This document shows, piece after piece, positions 49,743 through 59,870 of a DNA stretch of 64,000 nucleotides. Source of the DNA: Deltaproteobacteria bacterium (GTDB lineage Bacteria > Desulfobacterota > GWC2-55-46 > DRQE01). Both the position numbers and the translations under genes were made by a program. A model generated the notes under the pieces. It saw nothing but the letters and a program-made list of their open reading frames with translations. It was not told where the DNA came from and made no database searches. The stretch's first letter is position 1; every line of letters starts with the position of its first letter. The stretch is from the NCBI GenBank assembly GCA_024278765.1, contig JAJRSM010000048.1, positions 2,266 through 66,265 of the forward strand, given 5' to 3'.

Positions 49743-50141
49743 TTTTCTTGCGGCCTCTACGGCCCTTATAATATCTCCGGCAACTACGATTGCCTCTCTG
49801 GCATCGCGCTCTATTATGACCTCCGATGGTATCCCACCTGGAAGACTATCAGGGAAGCGGGAGGTCTTATAGTGTATATCAAGCCTGCCGGAGGGGCTGA
49901 TAAACTGTTTAAAGGCCTCTTCGTATGTAACGGCACGTTCGAGGAGTTCAACAACAGACTTGGTCTCGTGTGTATCTTCTTTTTTCAGGAAGAGATATGC
50001 ACGAAGTGACTTTGCCGCTCCCTGCTGCGCAAGAAAACATGCAGGTGCAAAAAAACCACCTTCCAGATTCCAATCAGCTGCCTTTAGATCGTACTCGGCC
50101 TGCCTTAACCAGCGTGCCGATTCCTTTGCAAGAACTTCCAT
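49719..50141 (-). CDS. HEPN domain protein with no adjacent nucleotidyltransferase
   Basis: 140-aa all-helical protein (EYDLKAADWNLEGGFFAPACFLAQQGAAKSLRAYLF...). A candidate R-x(3-4)-H HEPN motif is at GRLDIHY. No MNT partner ORF was found within 300 bp on either side. Confidence 0.55.
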   Translation of the reverse strand: MEVLAKESARWLRQAEYDLKAADWNLEGGFFAPACFLAQQGAAKSLRAYLFLKKEDTHETKSVVELLERAVTYEEAFKQFISPSGRLDIHYKTSRFPDSLPGGIPSEVIIERDAREAIVVAGDIIRAVEAARKEYMPETI

Positions 50142-50276
50142 TGTAGGACCTCCGTAAAGACTAGATTGCTTCGTCGTCTTGCCCCATCGCTACGCTCGGG
50201 GTTGCGACTCCTCGCAATGATAATGAATAAAAAAACATCTTAAATCACCCTGAAGACCCAGACTGAATTTTAAGAT

Positions 50277-51512
50277 CTAACTTCTATAGGCCGAGTTAAG
50301 CTCGACGTATCCGTGGCCGAGATCGGTCGTCCAGAGCCGGCGCGTAGCCTTTCCAGCCTTAAGGTCTACCACGACCTTGACCTCTTTCTTCTTCATAGCC
50401 TTTGCAGCTACTTGCTCACGCCCCGTATCAAGGCCGTCTTTTGCAACCATCACACCACCAAAGCTTATATCTACCTTATCAGGGTTAAACCTTATACCGG
50501 CAGCACCGAGTGCCGCCATTATGCGCCCCCAGTTCGGGTCACCGCCAAAGAACGCCGTCTTAACAAGCATCGAGGTCGCCAGAGTCCTTGCGGCCCTGTC
50601 GGCCTCTACAAGGCTTGCTGCCCCGACAATATCCAGCTCTATAAAGCGGGTCGCGCCCTCACCATCCTTGACTATCATCTTTGCCAGGTCGATAGAGAGA
50701 AGACGGAGTAGATTTTTAAAAGAGGCAAATCCCTCTGTTCCTGCCTTGTAAGTTACCCCTGAAACACCACTTGCAAAAGCCAGCACGGTATCATTGGTAG
50801 AGGCATCGTTATCAACGACGATGCTATTGAATGAGGCGTCAACGACCTCTTTAAGGGCCTTCTGCAAAAGCGCGCGGCTGATTGCCACGTCGGTCATAAA
50901 AAACACAAGCAGAGTCGCCATATTCGGGCAGATCATCCCCGCGCCCTTGGCAATCCCTGTTATCTTTACGGTTTTACTCCCAACCTTTACCGAACCAGTT
51001 ACAGTCTTCGAGAAAGCATCGGTCGTCATTATGGCTCTAGAGAAATCCTCAAGGCCACCGGCGGCGAGACTACCAGTAAGCACCGGTGCGGCCTCTATTA
51101 TTTTATCAATTGGCAGAGGCACGCCGATAACCCCTGTAGAGCAGACTAGCAACTCTCCGACCTTAAGCCCCAGTACGCCTTCAATGACATCTACCGTTGT
51201 TCTGGCGTCCTGCTCTCCCTGCTTCCCCGTACAGGCATTAGCATTACCGCTATTGACGACAACGCCTCGGACTTTCACCTTAGCCCCGACCCTCTCTTTT
51301 GATAAAATAAGCGGCGCTGCCTTGACACTATTCTCGGTAAAGACCCCTGCAACGGTTACGGGCACGTCACTTATGATAAGCCCCAGATCCAGCTCGGCGT
51401 GGCAACCAGCCCCAGACCCTTTATTTTTTTTTATTCCTGCGGCGACCCCAGAGGCCTGAAAGCCCGGCACTCCTAAATTTAAAGAACCACTCACTCCGAG
51501 GCTCCGCAACAC
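50277..51512 (-). CDS. argJ: Bifunctional glutamate N-acetyltransferase / amino-acid acetyltransferase ArgJ
   Basis: 411 aa. Conserved ATLL/TND region ([13 protein letters not shown]...DASTNDTV) holding the autoproteolytic Thr. Confidence 0.92.
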   Translation of the reverse strand: MLRSLGVSGSLNLGVPGFQASGVAAGIKKNKGSGAGCHAELDLGLIISDVPVTVAGVFTENSVKAAPLILSKERVGAKVKVRGVVVNSGNANACTGKQGEQDARTTVDVIEGVLGLKVGELLVCSTGVIGVPLPIDKIIEAAPVLTGSLAAGGLEDFSRAIMTTDAFSKTVTGSVKVGSKTVKITGIAKGAGMICPNMATLLVFFMTDVAISRALLQKALKEVVDASFNSIVVDNDASTNDTVLAFASGVSGVTYKAGTEGFASFKNLLRLLSIDLAKMIVKDGEGATRFIELDIVGAASLVEADRAARTLATSMLVKTAFFGGDPNWGRIMAALGAAGIRFNPDKVDISFGGVMVAKDGLDTGREQVAAKAMKKKEVKVVVDLKAGKATRRLWTTDLGHGYVELNSAYRS

Positions 51513-54307
51513 TTCTTATATTTTTTACCGCTATCGCAAGGGCACGGCTCATTACGCCCGATCTTTGGTGCGCCGCGAATTATCGGTGTATGCGTATGAG
51601 CGGCTTCTCCGTCGCCTTCACTATGATCGTCGCCGCCTTCTCCCGCATAGAAATCGCTCTGGTCTTCCAGCGTAGGCCCGCCGGCCACGCCGCCGCCTTC
51701 TTCGCCTCTGCCCAGCACCATATTCCGTTCATCGGTCGGACGCTCGGCATCGGCCTCATCCAGCACCTCGCCGTCGCCTTCTTTTATCTGAACCTTAAAG
51801 AGACGCTCTACGACATCACATTTAAAGGCCGTTAACATTCCGGCAAAGAGCTCAAAGCCCTCTCTCTTATACTCATTTAACGGATTCTGCTGCGCATATC
51901 CCCTGAGCCCTATTCCGCCCTTCAGATGATCCATCGTTAGCAGATGATCCTTCCACAGATTATCAAGCGTATGCAAGGTCATTATACGTTCGACCTGCGG
52001 CATAAGCTCCGGACCGATCTCGACGACCCTATGCTGATACACATCCCATGCTCTGCTCGTAAGCATCTCGGTTACGGCCTGCCTGCCGCCACCGCTGCCT
52101 ATATCTTCCTTGCCTATTCCTTCAATACCAAACTGCTTATCTATAGCCTCGATAAGGGCTTCAACCTCTGCCTCTTCTACCCCGCTCTTTTCATCTACAT
52201 GGTTAGAGACCAGTACCTCTGCGGCCTCACCGACAAACTCCTGCACCATATCCCTGAGCCCGATCTCGCCAAGGATCTGACGGCGGTACTCATAGACGAT
52301 ATTACGTTGCTGATTCATAACATCATCATACTCTATAAGATGCTTTCTCATATCAAAGTTATGTGCCTCAACCTTCTTCTGCGAGTTCTCAACGGCCTTG
52401 GAGATAATACTGTGCTCAATCGGCACGCCCTCCTCCATACCAAGCTTGCTCATAACCGCAGCGACCTTATCACTACCAAAGATCCTCATCAAGTCGTCTT
52501 CCAGAGACATATAAAAACGGGACTCACCCGGGTCTCCCTGACGCCCTGACCTTCCGCGAAGCTGGTTATCAATACGTCTTGACTCGTGACGCTCGGTGCC
52601 TATGATGTAGAGCCCGCCAAGTTCCAGAACCTGCTGCTTTTCCGCTTCACAGCTACGCTGCACCTCTGCAAGTGCTGCGTCATATTTCTCGCCTATGGTC
52701 GCGCCGCCTGCAAGGGCTATAGCCATAAAGCTAGGGTTACCGCCAAGGACGATATCAGTGCCTCGCCCTGCCATATTGGTAGAAAGAGTAATGGAATTTA
52801 AACGTCCGGCCTGAGCCACGATCTCTGCCTCACGCTCATGCTGCTTGGCATTAAGGACGTTATGCTTTACTCCCTGCTTTTTAAGCATAACGGATAACTG
52901 CTCTGAGTCATCGATTGATATAGTACCTACGAGCACGGGCCGCCCGCTTGCCGCGCATCCCTTAATATCTTCTATAACAGCCAGAAACTTCTCCCGCTTG
53001 GTCTTGTAGACCAGATCAACCCTGTCATCTCTGATCATAGGCTTATGTGTCGGCACTACCAGCACATCCAGCTTATAGATCGACATAAACTCCGGGGCCT
53101 CGGTCTCGGCCGTTCCTGTCATACCGGCAAGCTTATCGTACATCCTGAAGTAGTTCTGAAATGTAATCGTCGCAAGCGTCTGGTTCTCGTTCTCTATCTT
53201 GACCTTTTCCTTGGCCTCGACGGCCTGATGCAGCCCGTCGCTCCAGCGACGTCCGTCCATAAGACGCCCTGTAAACTCATCCACTATAACGACTGCGCCG
53301 TCTTTGACGACATAATCGACATCCTTACTAAAGAGAACATGGGCGCGCAAGCCCTGCCCTACGTGATGAAGCGTCTCGATGTTGCGAGGGTCATAGAGGT
53401 TTTCGATCTTTAATAGCTCCTCGACCTTTGTGACACCATCGTCGGTAAGGTGCGCCTGCTTTGCCTTCTCGTCGATTGTATAGTGCTTATCGGCCTTTAA
53501 AAAAGGAATTATCCCGTCTATCGTATAATATTTATCGGTCGATGCCTCGGCAGGCCCGGAGATAATAAGCGGGGTACGTGCCTCATCGACCAGAATGGAA
53601 TCGACCTCATCAACTATGGCAAAATTAAGCTCACGCTGGCAGTACTCGTCCATGCTGAACTTCATATTATCGCGCAGGTAATCAAAACCGTATTCATTGT
53701 TGGTGCCGTATGTGATATCAGCTCTGTAGGACTCACCGCGCGAACAGTCCAGCATCGGAATAATCGCACCCAAAGGCGTATCCGGCAGCTTCGGGTCTGC
53801 TATCAGGTTTATCTCATGCTGGATAACTCCGAGGCTCATACCAAGGGCGTGATAGACCGGGGCCATCCACTGTGCATCACGCTTTGCCAGATAATCATTT
53901 ACCGTAACTACATGGACGCCGCGCCCACTGATGGCATTTAGATATACCGGCAACGTAGCTGCAAGTGTTTTACCCTCACCGGTCCTCATCTCTGCTATCT
54001 TGCCTTCGTGCAGGGTTATACCGCCTATAAGCTGTACATCAAAGTGGCGCATACCAAGCTTACGCTTGGAGGACTCACGAACCGCCGCAAAGGCCTCAGG
54101 TAGTATATCATCCAGGGTCTCGCCGCCATCAAGCCTGGCTTTAAGTTTTGAGGTAAGCGCAAAGAGTTCTTCATCACTTAATGCCTCAAACTGCTGCTCC
54201 AGACTGTTTATCTTATCTACAAGCGGGGTTAATCGCTTTACCTCCCGAGCTACCTTAGTACCGAAGACCTTCTTTAATACTGAACCGAACATTTCACCTT
54301 TTCCCAC
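51491..54307 (-). CDS. secA: Preprotein translocase ATPase SecA
   Basis: 938 aa. DEAD-like motor domains and the C-terminal zinc finger [14 protein letters not shown]. Confidence 0.97.
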   Translation of the reverse strand: MGKGEMFGSVLKKVFGTKVAREVKRLTPLVDKINSLEQQFEALSDEELFALTSKLKARLDGGETLDDILPEAFAAVRESSKRKLGMRHFDVQLIGGITLHEGKIAEMRTGEGKTLAATLPVYLNAISGRGVHVVTVNDYLAKRDAQWMAPVYHALGMSLGVIQHEINLIADPKLPDTPLGAIIPMLDCSRGESYRADITYGTNNEYGFDYLRDNMKFSMDEYCQRELNFAIVDEVDSILVDEARTPLIISGPAEASTDKYYTIDGIIPFLKADKHYTIDEKAKQAHLTDDGVTKVEELLKIENLYDPRNIETLHHVGQGLRAHVLFSKDVDYVVKDGAVVIVDEFTGRLMDGRRWSDGLHQAVEAKEKVKIENENQTLATITFQNYFRMYDKLAGMTGTAETEAPEFMSIYKLDVLVVPTHKPMIRDDRVDLVYKTKREKFLAVIEDIKGCAASGRPVLVGTISIDDSEQLSVMLKKQGVKHNVLNAKQHEREAEIVAQAGRLNSITLSTNMAGRGTDIVLGGNPSFMAIALAGGATIGEKYDAALAEVQRSCEAEKQQVLELGGLYIIGTERHESRRIDNQLRGRSGRQGDPGESRFYMSLEDDLMRIFGSDKVAAVMSKLGMEEGVPIEHSIISKAVENSQKKVEAHNFDMRKHLIEYDDVMNQQRNIVYEYRRQILGEIGLRDMVQEFVGEAAEVLVSNHVDEKSGVEEAEVEALIEAIDKQFGIEGIGKEDIGSGGGRQAVTEMLTSRAWDVYQHRVVEIGPELMPQVERIMTLHTLDNLWKDHLLTMDHLKGGIGLRGYAQQNPLNEYKREGFELFAGMLTAFKCDVVERLFKVQIKEGDGEVLDEADAERPTDERNMVLGRGEEGGGVAGGPTLEDQSDFYAGEGGDDHSEGDGEAAHTHTPIIRGAPKIGRNEPCPCDSGKKYKKCCGASE

Positions 54308-54438
54308 AGATCACGATCTTTAGGCAATGCCACTGAAGACAATGCCGCTGGCCGGCCTGAATTTTAGTTGTTTTGTAAAGAGCTAAATAATACATCAATC
54401 TAACACATTACCGTCCTTAATTCCAACTGCAAAAAACC

Positions 54439-54471
54439 AAAAAAAACCCCATCGGAGATAGACCGAGAGGG
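54439..54471 (-). terminator. Putative intrinsic terminator after the M23 peptidase gene
   Basis: Minus-strand CCCUCUCGG...CCGAUGGGG stem of about 8 bp with one mismatch, followed by a U8 run (plus A8 at 54439-54446). Confidence 0.45.
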
Positions 54472-54587
54472 TTTATAATAGGCAACTACTTAATTTATTG
54501 TCATGATTGTTTTTTCCGATACGCCGTTTACGTCGCTTATCCCCTTTAACCCGTTATCCCCGTTTGCACATAAGCAGAGAGCCCTGC

Positions 54588-55499
54588 TTAGTTGACTATG
54601 TACTTATAAGGATTGACGTGTACGCCGTTTACGACTATTTCATAATGGACGTGAGGTCCTGTTGAGCGTCCTGTATTTCCCATTGCGGCTATCTTCTCAC
54701 CGCGCTTTATCTTCTGACCGACCTTTACATTTATCTTTGAGAGATGCCCGTAGCGGGTCTTTGTACCGTAACCATGATTTATCTCGACCATCTTTCCAAA
54801 CTGCGGAAGCCTTGCTACCCGAGTAATAATACCATCGGCTGGTGCAAGTATTGGTGTGCCTATCCTGTTGGCGACGTCAACACCTTTATGTTTATGCTTA
54901 CGCCCTGTAAACGGGTCTTTTCTCTTTCCGAATGTAGATGTAACCCAGCCACGCGCAGGCATAATAGAAGGGGTAGAGGCGAGGATTGAAGATTGGCTCA
55001 AGAGGTGCTCCTGAAGCTCGGTAAAGCTCCTCTCCTGCAATCTAGTCTCGCCCTCCAGAGAGCTTATATCCGAGCGCATGTTTTCTATTAAGATCTTTTT
55101 CTTCTCTTCAACCGAGAGAAAAAAGGCCTGATCCGGAGCTGGCCCACCCATGCCGGTAAGGCCCTGATCTACTGTCTCGACAGGGGTCTCGATATTTGCA
55201 AGTATTCTGAGTTTTTTATCAAAGGTCTTGAGCTTTGCCATGCGGGTCTCAACATCATTAACGCGAGAAGACAAGGCCTGTAACTCTATTTTCTGTGAGG
55301 TATTTTCTTTGCGAAGCTCGCCATGATCCCGTACCTGTAGCTTCATAGTCCCGTAGTCTACTACGACATAGGCACATATAACCAGGAAGACGGCAAAAGC
55401 TACACTGCCTGCCCTGAATAAGTTTTGAGAAACCTTTATCTTCTTTGACTTTGAGGAGTCGCTTGGCAGGACTATAAAAGTTAAAGAACGCTTATTCAA
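54588..55499 (-). CDS. M23 family metallopeptidase (EnvC/NlpD-like murein endopeptidase) with N-terminal coiled coil
   Basis: HKGVDVA...G...DG and GNTGRSTGPHVHYEI are LytM-domain motifs. N-terminal transmembrane segment plus coiled coil. Confidence 0.88.
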   Translation of the reverse strand: MNKRSLTFIVLPSDSSKSKKIKVSQNLFRAGSVAFAVFLVICAYVVVDYGTMKLQVRDHGELRKENTSQKIELQALSSRVNDVETRMAKLKTFDKKLRILANIETPVETVDQGLTGMGGPAPDQAFFLSVEEKKKILIENMRSDISSLEGETRLQERSFTELQEHLLSQSSILASTPSIMPARGWVTSTFGKRKDPFTGRKHKHKGVDVANRIGTPILAPADGIITRVARLPQFGKMVEINHGYGTKTRYGHLSKINVKVGQKIKRGEKIAAMGNTGRSTGPHVHYEIVVNGVHVNPYKYIVN

Positions 55500-55859
55500 A
55501 ACTACAATCTCCTACAGGCCCTCAACCAAAGACCCGGAAAGTCTTAAGATCAAAGAACCCGAAACTGTTAGACCAGCTATAAGTTAATAACGCTTTATAT
55601 AAAGACCCGGCTTAATCTAAAATGTCTACTGTCTGCCTTATATATCGGTTGGTTCTGGAAAAACTTCAACACATCTACTACATTTACTACCTAAGTGTTA
55701 CAAGGCTTAATGAACAACTTGTAATAGTAATAGGTGCAACTCAGACTAAAACGGTTATAGATTGTCACAAAGCCCTTGAATTGTCAAGGTCTTTAGCTCT
55801 CCAGAGTTGACAAAAGAACAGGCCTAAAAGCCCCTTAGAGCTCTAAAGCTTACTTGTTA

Positions 55860-55888
55860 TTGACTTCGTAAGATTAACCATGTAAATT
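55860..55888 (+). promoter_or_regulatory. Candidate sigma-70 promoter for tolQ
   Basis: TTGACT-N17-TAAATT, about 100 bp upstream of the tolQ ATG. Confidence 0.3.
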
Positions 55889-55986
55889 ATGTAGATACAG
55901 TTAAAAGACTATAAACCGTTAGGATAAGAACAAAGGTTGTCAAAAACGGCACAGGCCGCTAGTGACAAAAGGAGATTATCTTTATT

Positions 55987-56691
55987 ATGAATGAAATTGC
56001 CTCGCACGGAAGAATCTGGGATATGGTCGTTGCGGCAGGACCAATGGTCAAGATGGTCTTGATCCTGCTGGTCGTCTTATCTATCGTCTCATGGGCTATT
56101 ATACTCTATAAAGTACTAATGCTGAGAAAGATAGAAAAAGACAGCTCCGCATACTACGACCTCTTCTGGCAGAAGAAAGACCTTGCGCATATGCTAAACG
56201 TAGCAAGCCAGTTTCCCTCTACCCCGATGACAAAACTCGTTAAAGGTGCTCACGACGAAGCAGCCCCGCTAATTAGCAAACTACGCGCTGGCTACGACGG
56301 CTCTGTAGTAGAAGAAGGTCTTGACTATATAGAACGAGTACTAAAAAAGACCATTACTATGGAACGTGCCGCAATGGAGAAGACAACGGCCTTTCTGGCC
56401 ACCACCGGCAGCACCGCACCATTTATCGGGCTCTTCGGTACGGTCTGGGGGATAATGAATACCTTCCGTGCCATTGGCACGCAAGGGGCGGCAAACCTGG
56501 CGGTCGTTGCCCCGGGTATCTCCGAGGCACTAATCGCCACAGCTCTTGGCCTTGTAGCTGCCATACCAGCTGTCGTCGGCTATAACTACATCATCTCTCG
56601 CACAGACAGGATAACAAAAGAGATGGAGGCCTTTAGCTCGGACCTGACCAATATACTGGAAAAATCGCTTAGGCACGCCTCTAAAAAATAA
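55987..56691 (+). CDS. tolQ: Tol-Pal system protein TolQ (MotA/TolQ/ExbB proton channel)
   Basis: Three transmembrane helices and the conserved TTGSTAPFIGLFGTVWGIM segment. Confidence 0.92.
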   Translation: MNEIASHGRIWDMVVAAGPMVKMVLILLVVLSIVSWAIILYKVLMLRKIEKDSSAYYDLFWQKKDLAHMLNVASQFPSTPMTKLVKGAHDEAAPLISKLRAGYDGSVVEEGLDYIERVLKKTITMERAAMEKTTAFLATTGSTAPFIGLFGTVWGIMNTFRAIGTQGAANLAVVAPGISEALIATALGLVAAIPAVVGYNYIISRTDRITKEMEAFSSDLTNILEKSLRHASKK

Positions 56692-56786
56692 TATAAAGGC
56701 TACCTCAACCAGCTCGGACCACTTAAGCGGCCTGAGCCACCGGGACGGATTTAAGCATTACAAGCCTATACCAAGGAAAAAGACCA

Positions 56787-57197
56787 ATGGCCGATAACAG
56801 AATGCTATCTAGTATTAACGTAACGCCTTTTGTGGATGTCATGCTGGTGCTACTCGTGATCTTTATGGTTACGACCCCTTTAATGGAGACAGGCATTGAC
56901 GTAAACCTGCCTGAAGTCGAGGCTGGCTCGGTCGAGGGTCGAGACGAACCCATTATAGTATCGGTCGATAAAAAAGGTGACGTCTTCATCAACAAAAAAA
57001 AGGTAAGCCTCAGTAAACTCAGAGGCAACCTTACCGCTATCGTAAAGAGAAGAAAAGACAAGACCGTCTACCTGAGAGCAGACGAAGCTGTCCCGTACGG
57101 CAAGGTAGCAAGAACAATGGCAACCATTCGCTCATCAGGGATAAAAAAGATAGCAATGATTACAGAAACTCCGACAGGTGGCAGTAACAGAAAATAA
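56787..57197 (+). CDS. tolR: Tol-Pal system protein TolR (ExbD/TolR family)
   Basis: INVTPFVDVMLVLLVIFMVT is the conserved transmembrane segment carrying the Asp. 136 aa. Confidence 0.92.
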   Translation: MADNRMLSSINVTPFVDVMLVLLVIFMVTTPLMETGIDVNLPEVEAGSVEGRDEPIIVSVDKKGDVFINKKKVSLSKLRGNLTAIVKRRKDKTVYLRADEAVPYGKVARTMATIRSSGIKKIAMITETPTGGSNRK

Positions 57198-57213
57198 CAG
57201 ATCAGCCACCCTA

Positions 57214-57385
57214 GATGGTTCAAGCCATCAGTCGATGGTTCAAGCCATCAGTCGATGGTTCAAGCCATCAGTCGATGGTTCAGGCCATCAGTCGATGGTT
57301 CAGGCCATCAGTCGATGGTTCAGGCCATCAGGCGATGGTTCAGGCCATCAGGCGATGGTTCAGGCCATCAGGCGATGGTTCAGGG
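57214..57385. repeat. 20-bp tandem direct repeat array, about 8.5 units, in the tolR-tolA intergenic region
   Basis: gatggttcaagccatcagtc x3, gatggttcaggccatcagtc x3, gatggttcaggccatcaggc x2 plus a partial copy. The core GATGG-N6-CCATC is palindromic. Variants appear in ordered blocks of three. Confidence 0.95.
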
Positions 57386-57441
57386 GCTACCTTAGCAGGT
57401 GACGGCTAAGGCCATTAAGGTCAGGTGGCAGGAGTTCTGGT

Positions 57442-58404
57442 TTGCAAAGCATACTCAACCAACAACAACCCGGGCTAAAGAAGTTTATTACAGCCTCGGT
57501 CATCATACATATAATAATACTCTTTCTCGGGCTCTTCTTTGCCAAGACCAATCCAGCCAGAGTCCTCTCGGCACCAACCTACACAACGGTAGAGCTAGTC
57601 TCGCCGCCTGCCAGGAGGGGTTCGTCAAAAAAAAGAACCGCCAGCAAACGCATCCTGAAAAAACCAGCTCCAATTAAAAACACCGCAAAGGCCACCAAGC
57701 CTGCCACCTCAAAAAAAGTAAGAATTAAAAAAACAACAAAAGTAAGAGCCAAAAAGACCTCGACCAAGGTCATCATACCCGGCACAACAAAGGCCAAGCC
57801 CACCACCACCGCCCAAAAGATCAAAGAGCTTGACAGCGTAAGTGCTGCTATCGCAGCGCTTCAGCAAACAGAGACCGAACGCTCAGAGGATGAACTCATA
57901 GAGCAGCGCATACAGGAGCTTGCCGGTAATACGCAGAGCCAGGCGGATATAGACGACGAGTTGGCAGGGCTCAGGGCCGAGATACTAGAGAACGGGATAA
58001 GCGTAGACGTATTTTCCGGGGATCTGGCTGGAGATCAGGCAGGTGCCGGCAGACCAGACGGCACTGGGGTAAGGTTCGGTGGCGGGTCGAGTTCAGTCAA
58101 TATAAATCAACTCGATATAGCATTTATAGAGTACTATAATACGGTAGGTTCGATGGTACGCTCGGAGTGGATCTTCCCGGGCCAGGCCGTACCTGGGCTC
58201 CAGGCCATCGTTACGATAAAGATAGCGCCTGACGGAAAGCTCTTGGCAATGAGAGTAGAACGCGCCTCAGGCAATACCCTCTTTGATCAATCTGCGATAA
58301 AGGCAGTTGAGAAGGTCGGTGATTTTCCGCCCCTGCCTGAAGATATCGACAAAGATTACCTTGAGATAGGAATACGATTTTGTCCCGGAGGTTGCAAACA
58401 ATAA
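57442..58404 (+). CDS. tolA: Tol-Pal system protein TolA
   Basis: N-terminal transmembrane anchor, a K/A/T-rich extended region, and a C-terminal TonB/TolA domain. Confidence 0.85.
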   Translation: MQSILNQQQPGLKKFITASVIIHIIILFLGLFFAKTNPARVLSAPTYTTVELVSPPARRGSSKKRTASKRILKKPAPIKNTAKATKPATSKKVRIKKTTKVRAKKTSTKVIIPGTTKAKPTTTAQKIKELDSVSAAIAALQQTETERSEDELIEQRIQELAGNTQSQADIDDELAGLRAEILENGISVDVFSGDLAGDQAGAGRPDGTGVRFGGGSSSVNINQLDIAFIEYYNTVGSMVRSEWIFPGQAVPGLQAIVTIKIAPDGKLLAMRVERASGNTLFDQSAIKAVEKVGDFPPLPEDIDKDYLEIGIRFCPGGCKQ

Positions 58405-59819
58405 TGGTGTTGCAAAAAATAAAGACACTGCACGCTATGCTAAGATCAGGTGCGGCAATCAGAAGATACAAAAAAATATGGTTACTGCCCTTACTCCTTG
58501 TCATTGTTACGACTATGGCGACCGCTGCCAACGCCAAGGTCTATATAGATATCGATTCACCAAGCGGCAAGCTCTTACCACTTGCCATCCAGCGGATAGC
58601 AGACCTGAAGCCGCCGGGCAAGAACATCAACCCTATAGGCACAGCGGCCCTTGAAGACGCTGCGGCATATAAACTCAAGTACATCATACTGGATACCCTG
58701 AAGGGCGACATCGAGTTCTCAGGCTTTTTTGAACTGCTCAATCAAGATGCCTTTATCGAGGAGCTGGCTGACTCCGGGCTTACCAGAAAGGAGACAGACT
58801 TCTCACTCTGGCGTATTATCGATACAGAACTTCTAATAAAAGGAGGAATACGACTGGACGGAGAAAAGCTCACCGCCGAGTTCCGGCTCTTTGATACAAC
58901 CCGCGAGACAGAGCTGCTGGCAAAGAGATACGTCGGGAGCAAGGACTCGCCAAGACTCCTGGCCCACCGCTTTGCCGATGACCTGATAAAAAAACTTACC
59001 GGTAAAAAAGGCATATACTCAACCAAGATTGCCTTTATCTCAGGGATCGGCGGCTCAAAAGAGGTCTATCTGGCAGACTACGACGGCCATAACATCAGGC
59101 AGGTCACCAGCAATGGATCGATTAATATTTCGCCTCGCTGGTCGCCGGACAGGAGAAAAATCCTCTACACCTCGTATATGACAGGACATCCCTCGATCTT
59201 CGAGCAAGAGCTGATTACCGGGCGCATCTCTGTCGTCTCCGATAAAAAGGGCTCTAATATCGGAGGACGCTGGTCACCTGACGGCACAAGCATAGCCTAT
59301 ACCGCAACAGGTAAGCACAGCCCTGAACTATACGTAAAAAAGAACGGCTCACGCAGGCCGAAACAACTAACGAACAACTACTCAATCGATGTATCCCCTG
59401 TCTGGTCACCCGATGGCAAGCACCTGGCCTTCGTATCTGATAGGGCTGGAAACCCACATATCTATATGATAAAATCGACAGGGGGTAAAGTCCGCAGGGT
59501 AACCTACAAAGGAAAATACAACACAGACCCAGATTTTTCACCAGACGGGCGGACCATAGCCTTTACCCGTCTTGACAAGACCGGCACCAATGTCTGGACC
59601 ATCCGCAGCGATGGCTCAGGGCTTAAGCAGCTCACCTTTGAGGGCAATAATCAGTCGCCCTCCTGGTCTCCAGATGGTCGTTATCTGGTATTCAGCCGCC
59701 AGTGGGCGGGCAAGGTCCAGCGGCTATATATAATACGTCAAGATGGCTCCGGCATGAAGCGCATTAAGATAAAAATAGGAAAGACCTCGGCACCATCGTG
59801 GTCTCCCTATAGACGATAG
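58404..59819 (+). CDS. tolB: Tol-Pal system beta-propeller protein TolB
   Basis: Repeated SPxWSPDG propeller blades. The likely start is the ATG overlapping the tolA stop as TAATG. The track ORF starts at 58380. Confidence 0.92.
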   Translation: MVLQKIKTLHAMLRSGAAIRRYKKIWLLPLLLVIVTTMATAANAKVYIDIDSPSGKLLPLAIQRIADLKPPGKNINPIGTAALEDAAAYKLKYIILDTLKGDIEFSGFFELLNQDAFIEELADSGLTRKETDFSLWRIIDTELLIKGGIRLDGEKLTAEFRLFDTTRETELLAKRYVGSKDSPRLLAHRFADDLIKKLTGKKGIYSTKIAFISGIGGSKEVYLADYDGHNIRQVTSNGSINISPRWSPDRRKILYTSYMTGHPSIFEQELITGRISVVSDKKGSNIGGRWSPDGTSIAYTATGKHSPELYVKKNGSRRPKQLTNNYSIDVSPVWSPDGKHLAFVSDRAGNPHIYMIKSTGGKVRRVTYKGKYNTDPDFSPDGRTIAFTRLDKTGTNVWTIRSDGSGLKQLTFEGNNQSPSWSPDGRYLVFSRQWAGKVQRLYIIRQDGSGMKRIKIKIGKTSAPSWSPYRR

Positions 59820-59870
59820 ATTACTCACGGAAACTGCAGTGGCCCGTGCCTTCTGGCAAATACCCTCTTA

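Noticed and set aside
49663-50009. Plus-strand ORFs 49663..49872 and 49683..50009, considered as a possible MNT partner of the HEPN gene
   Set aside because: They start inside the repeat units, run antisense to the HEPN ORF, and show no nucleotidyltransferase motif (GS...D.D).
57178-57409. ORFs 57178..57402 and 57215..57409, encoding 20-aa repeats (VQAISRWFKPSVDGSGHQSM...)
   Set aside because: They exist only because the 20-bp repeat happens to lack stop codons in two frames. They have no ribosome-binding site or start context and lie in the tolR-tolA gap. They were treated as an artefact of the repeat, though translation cannot be strictly excluded.
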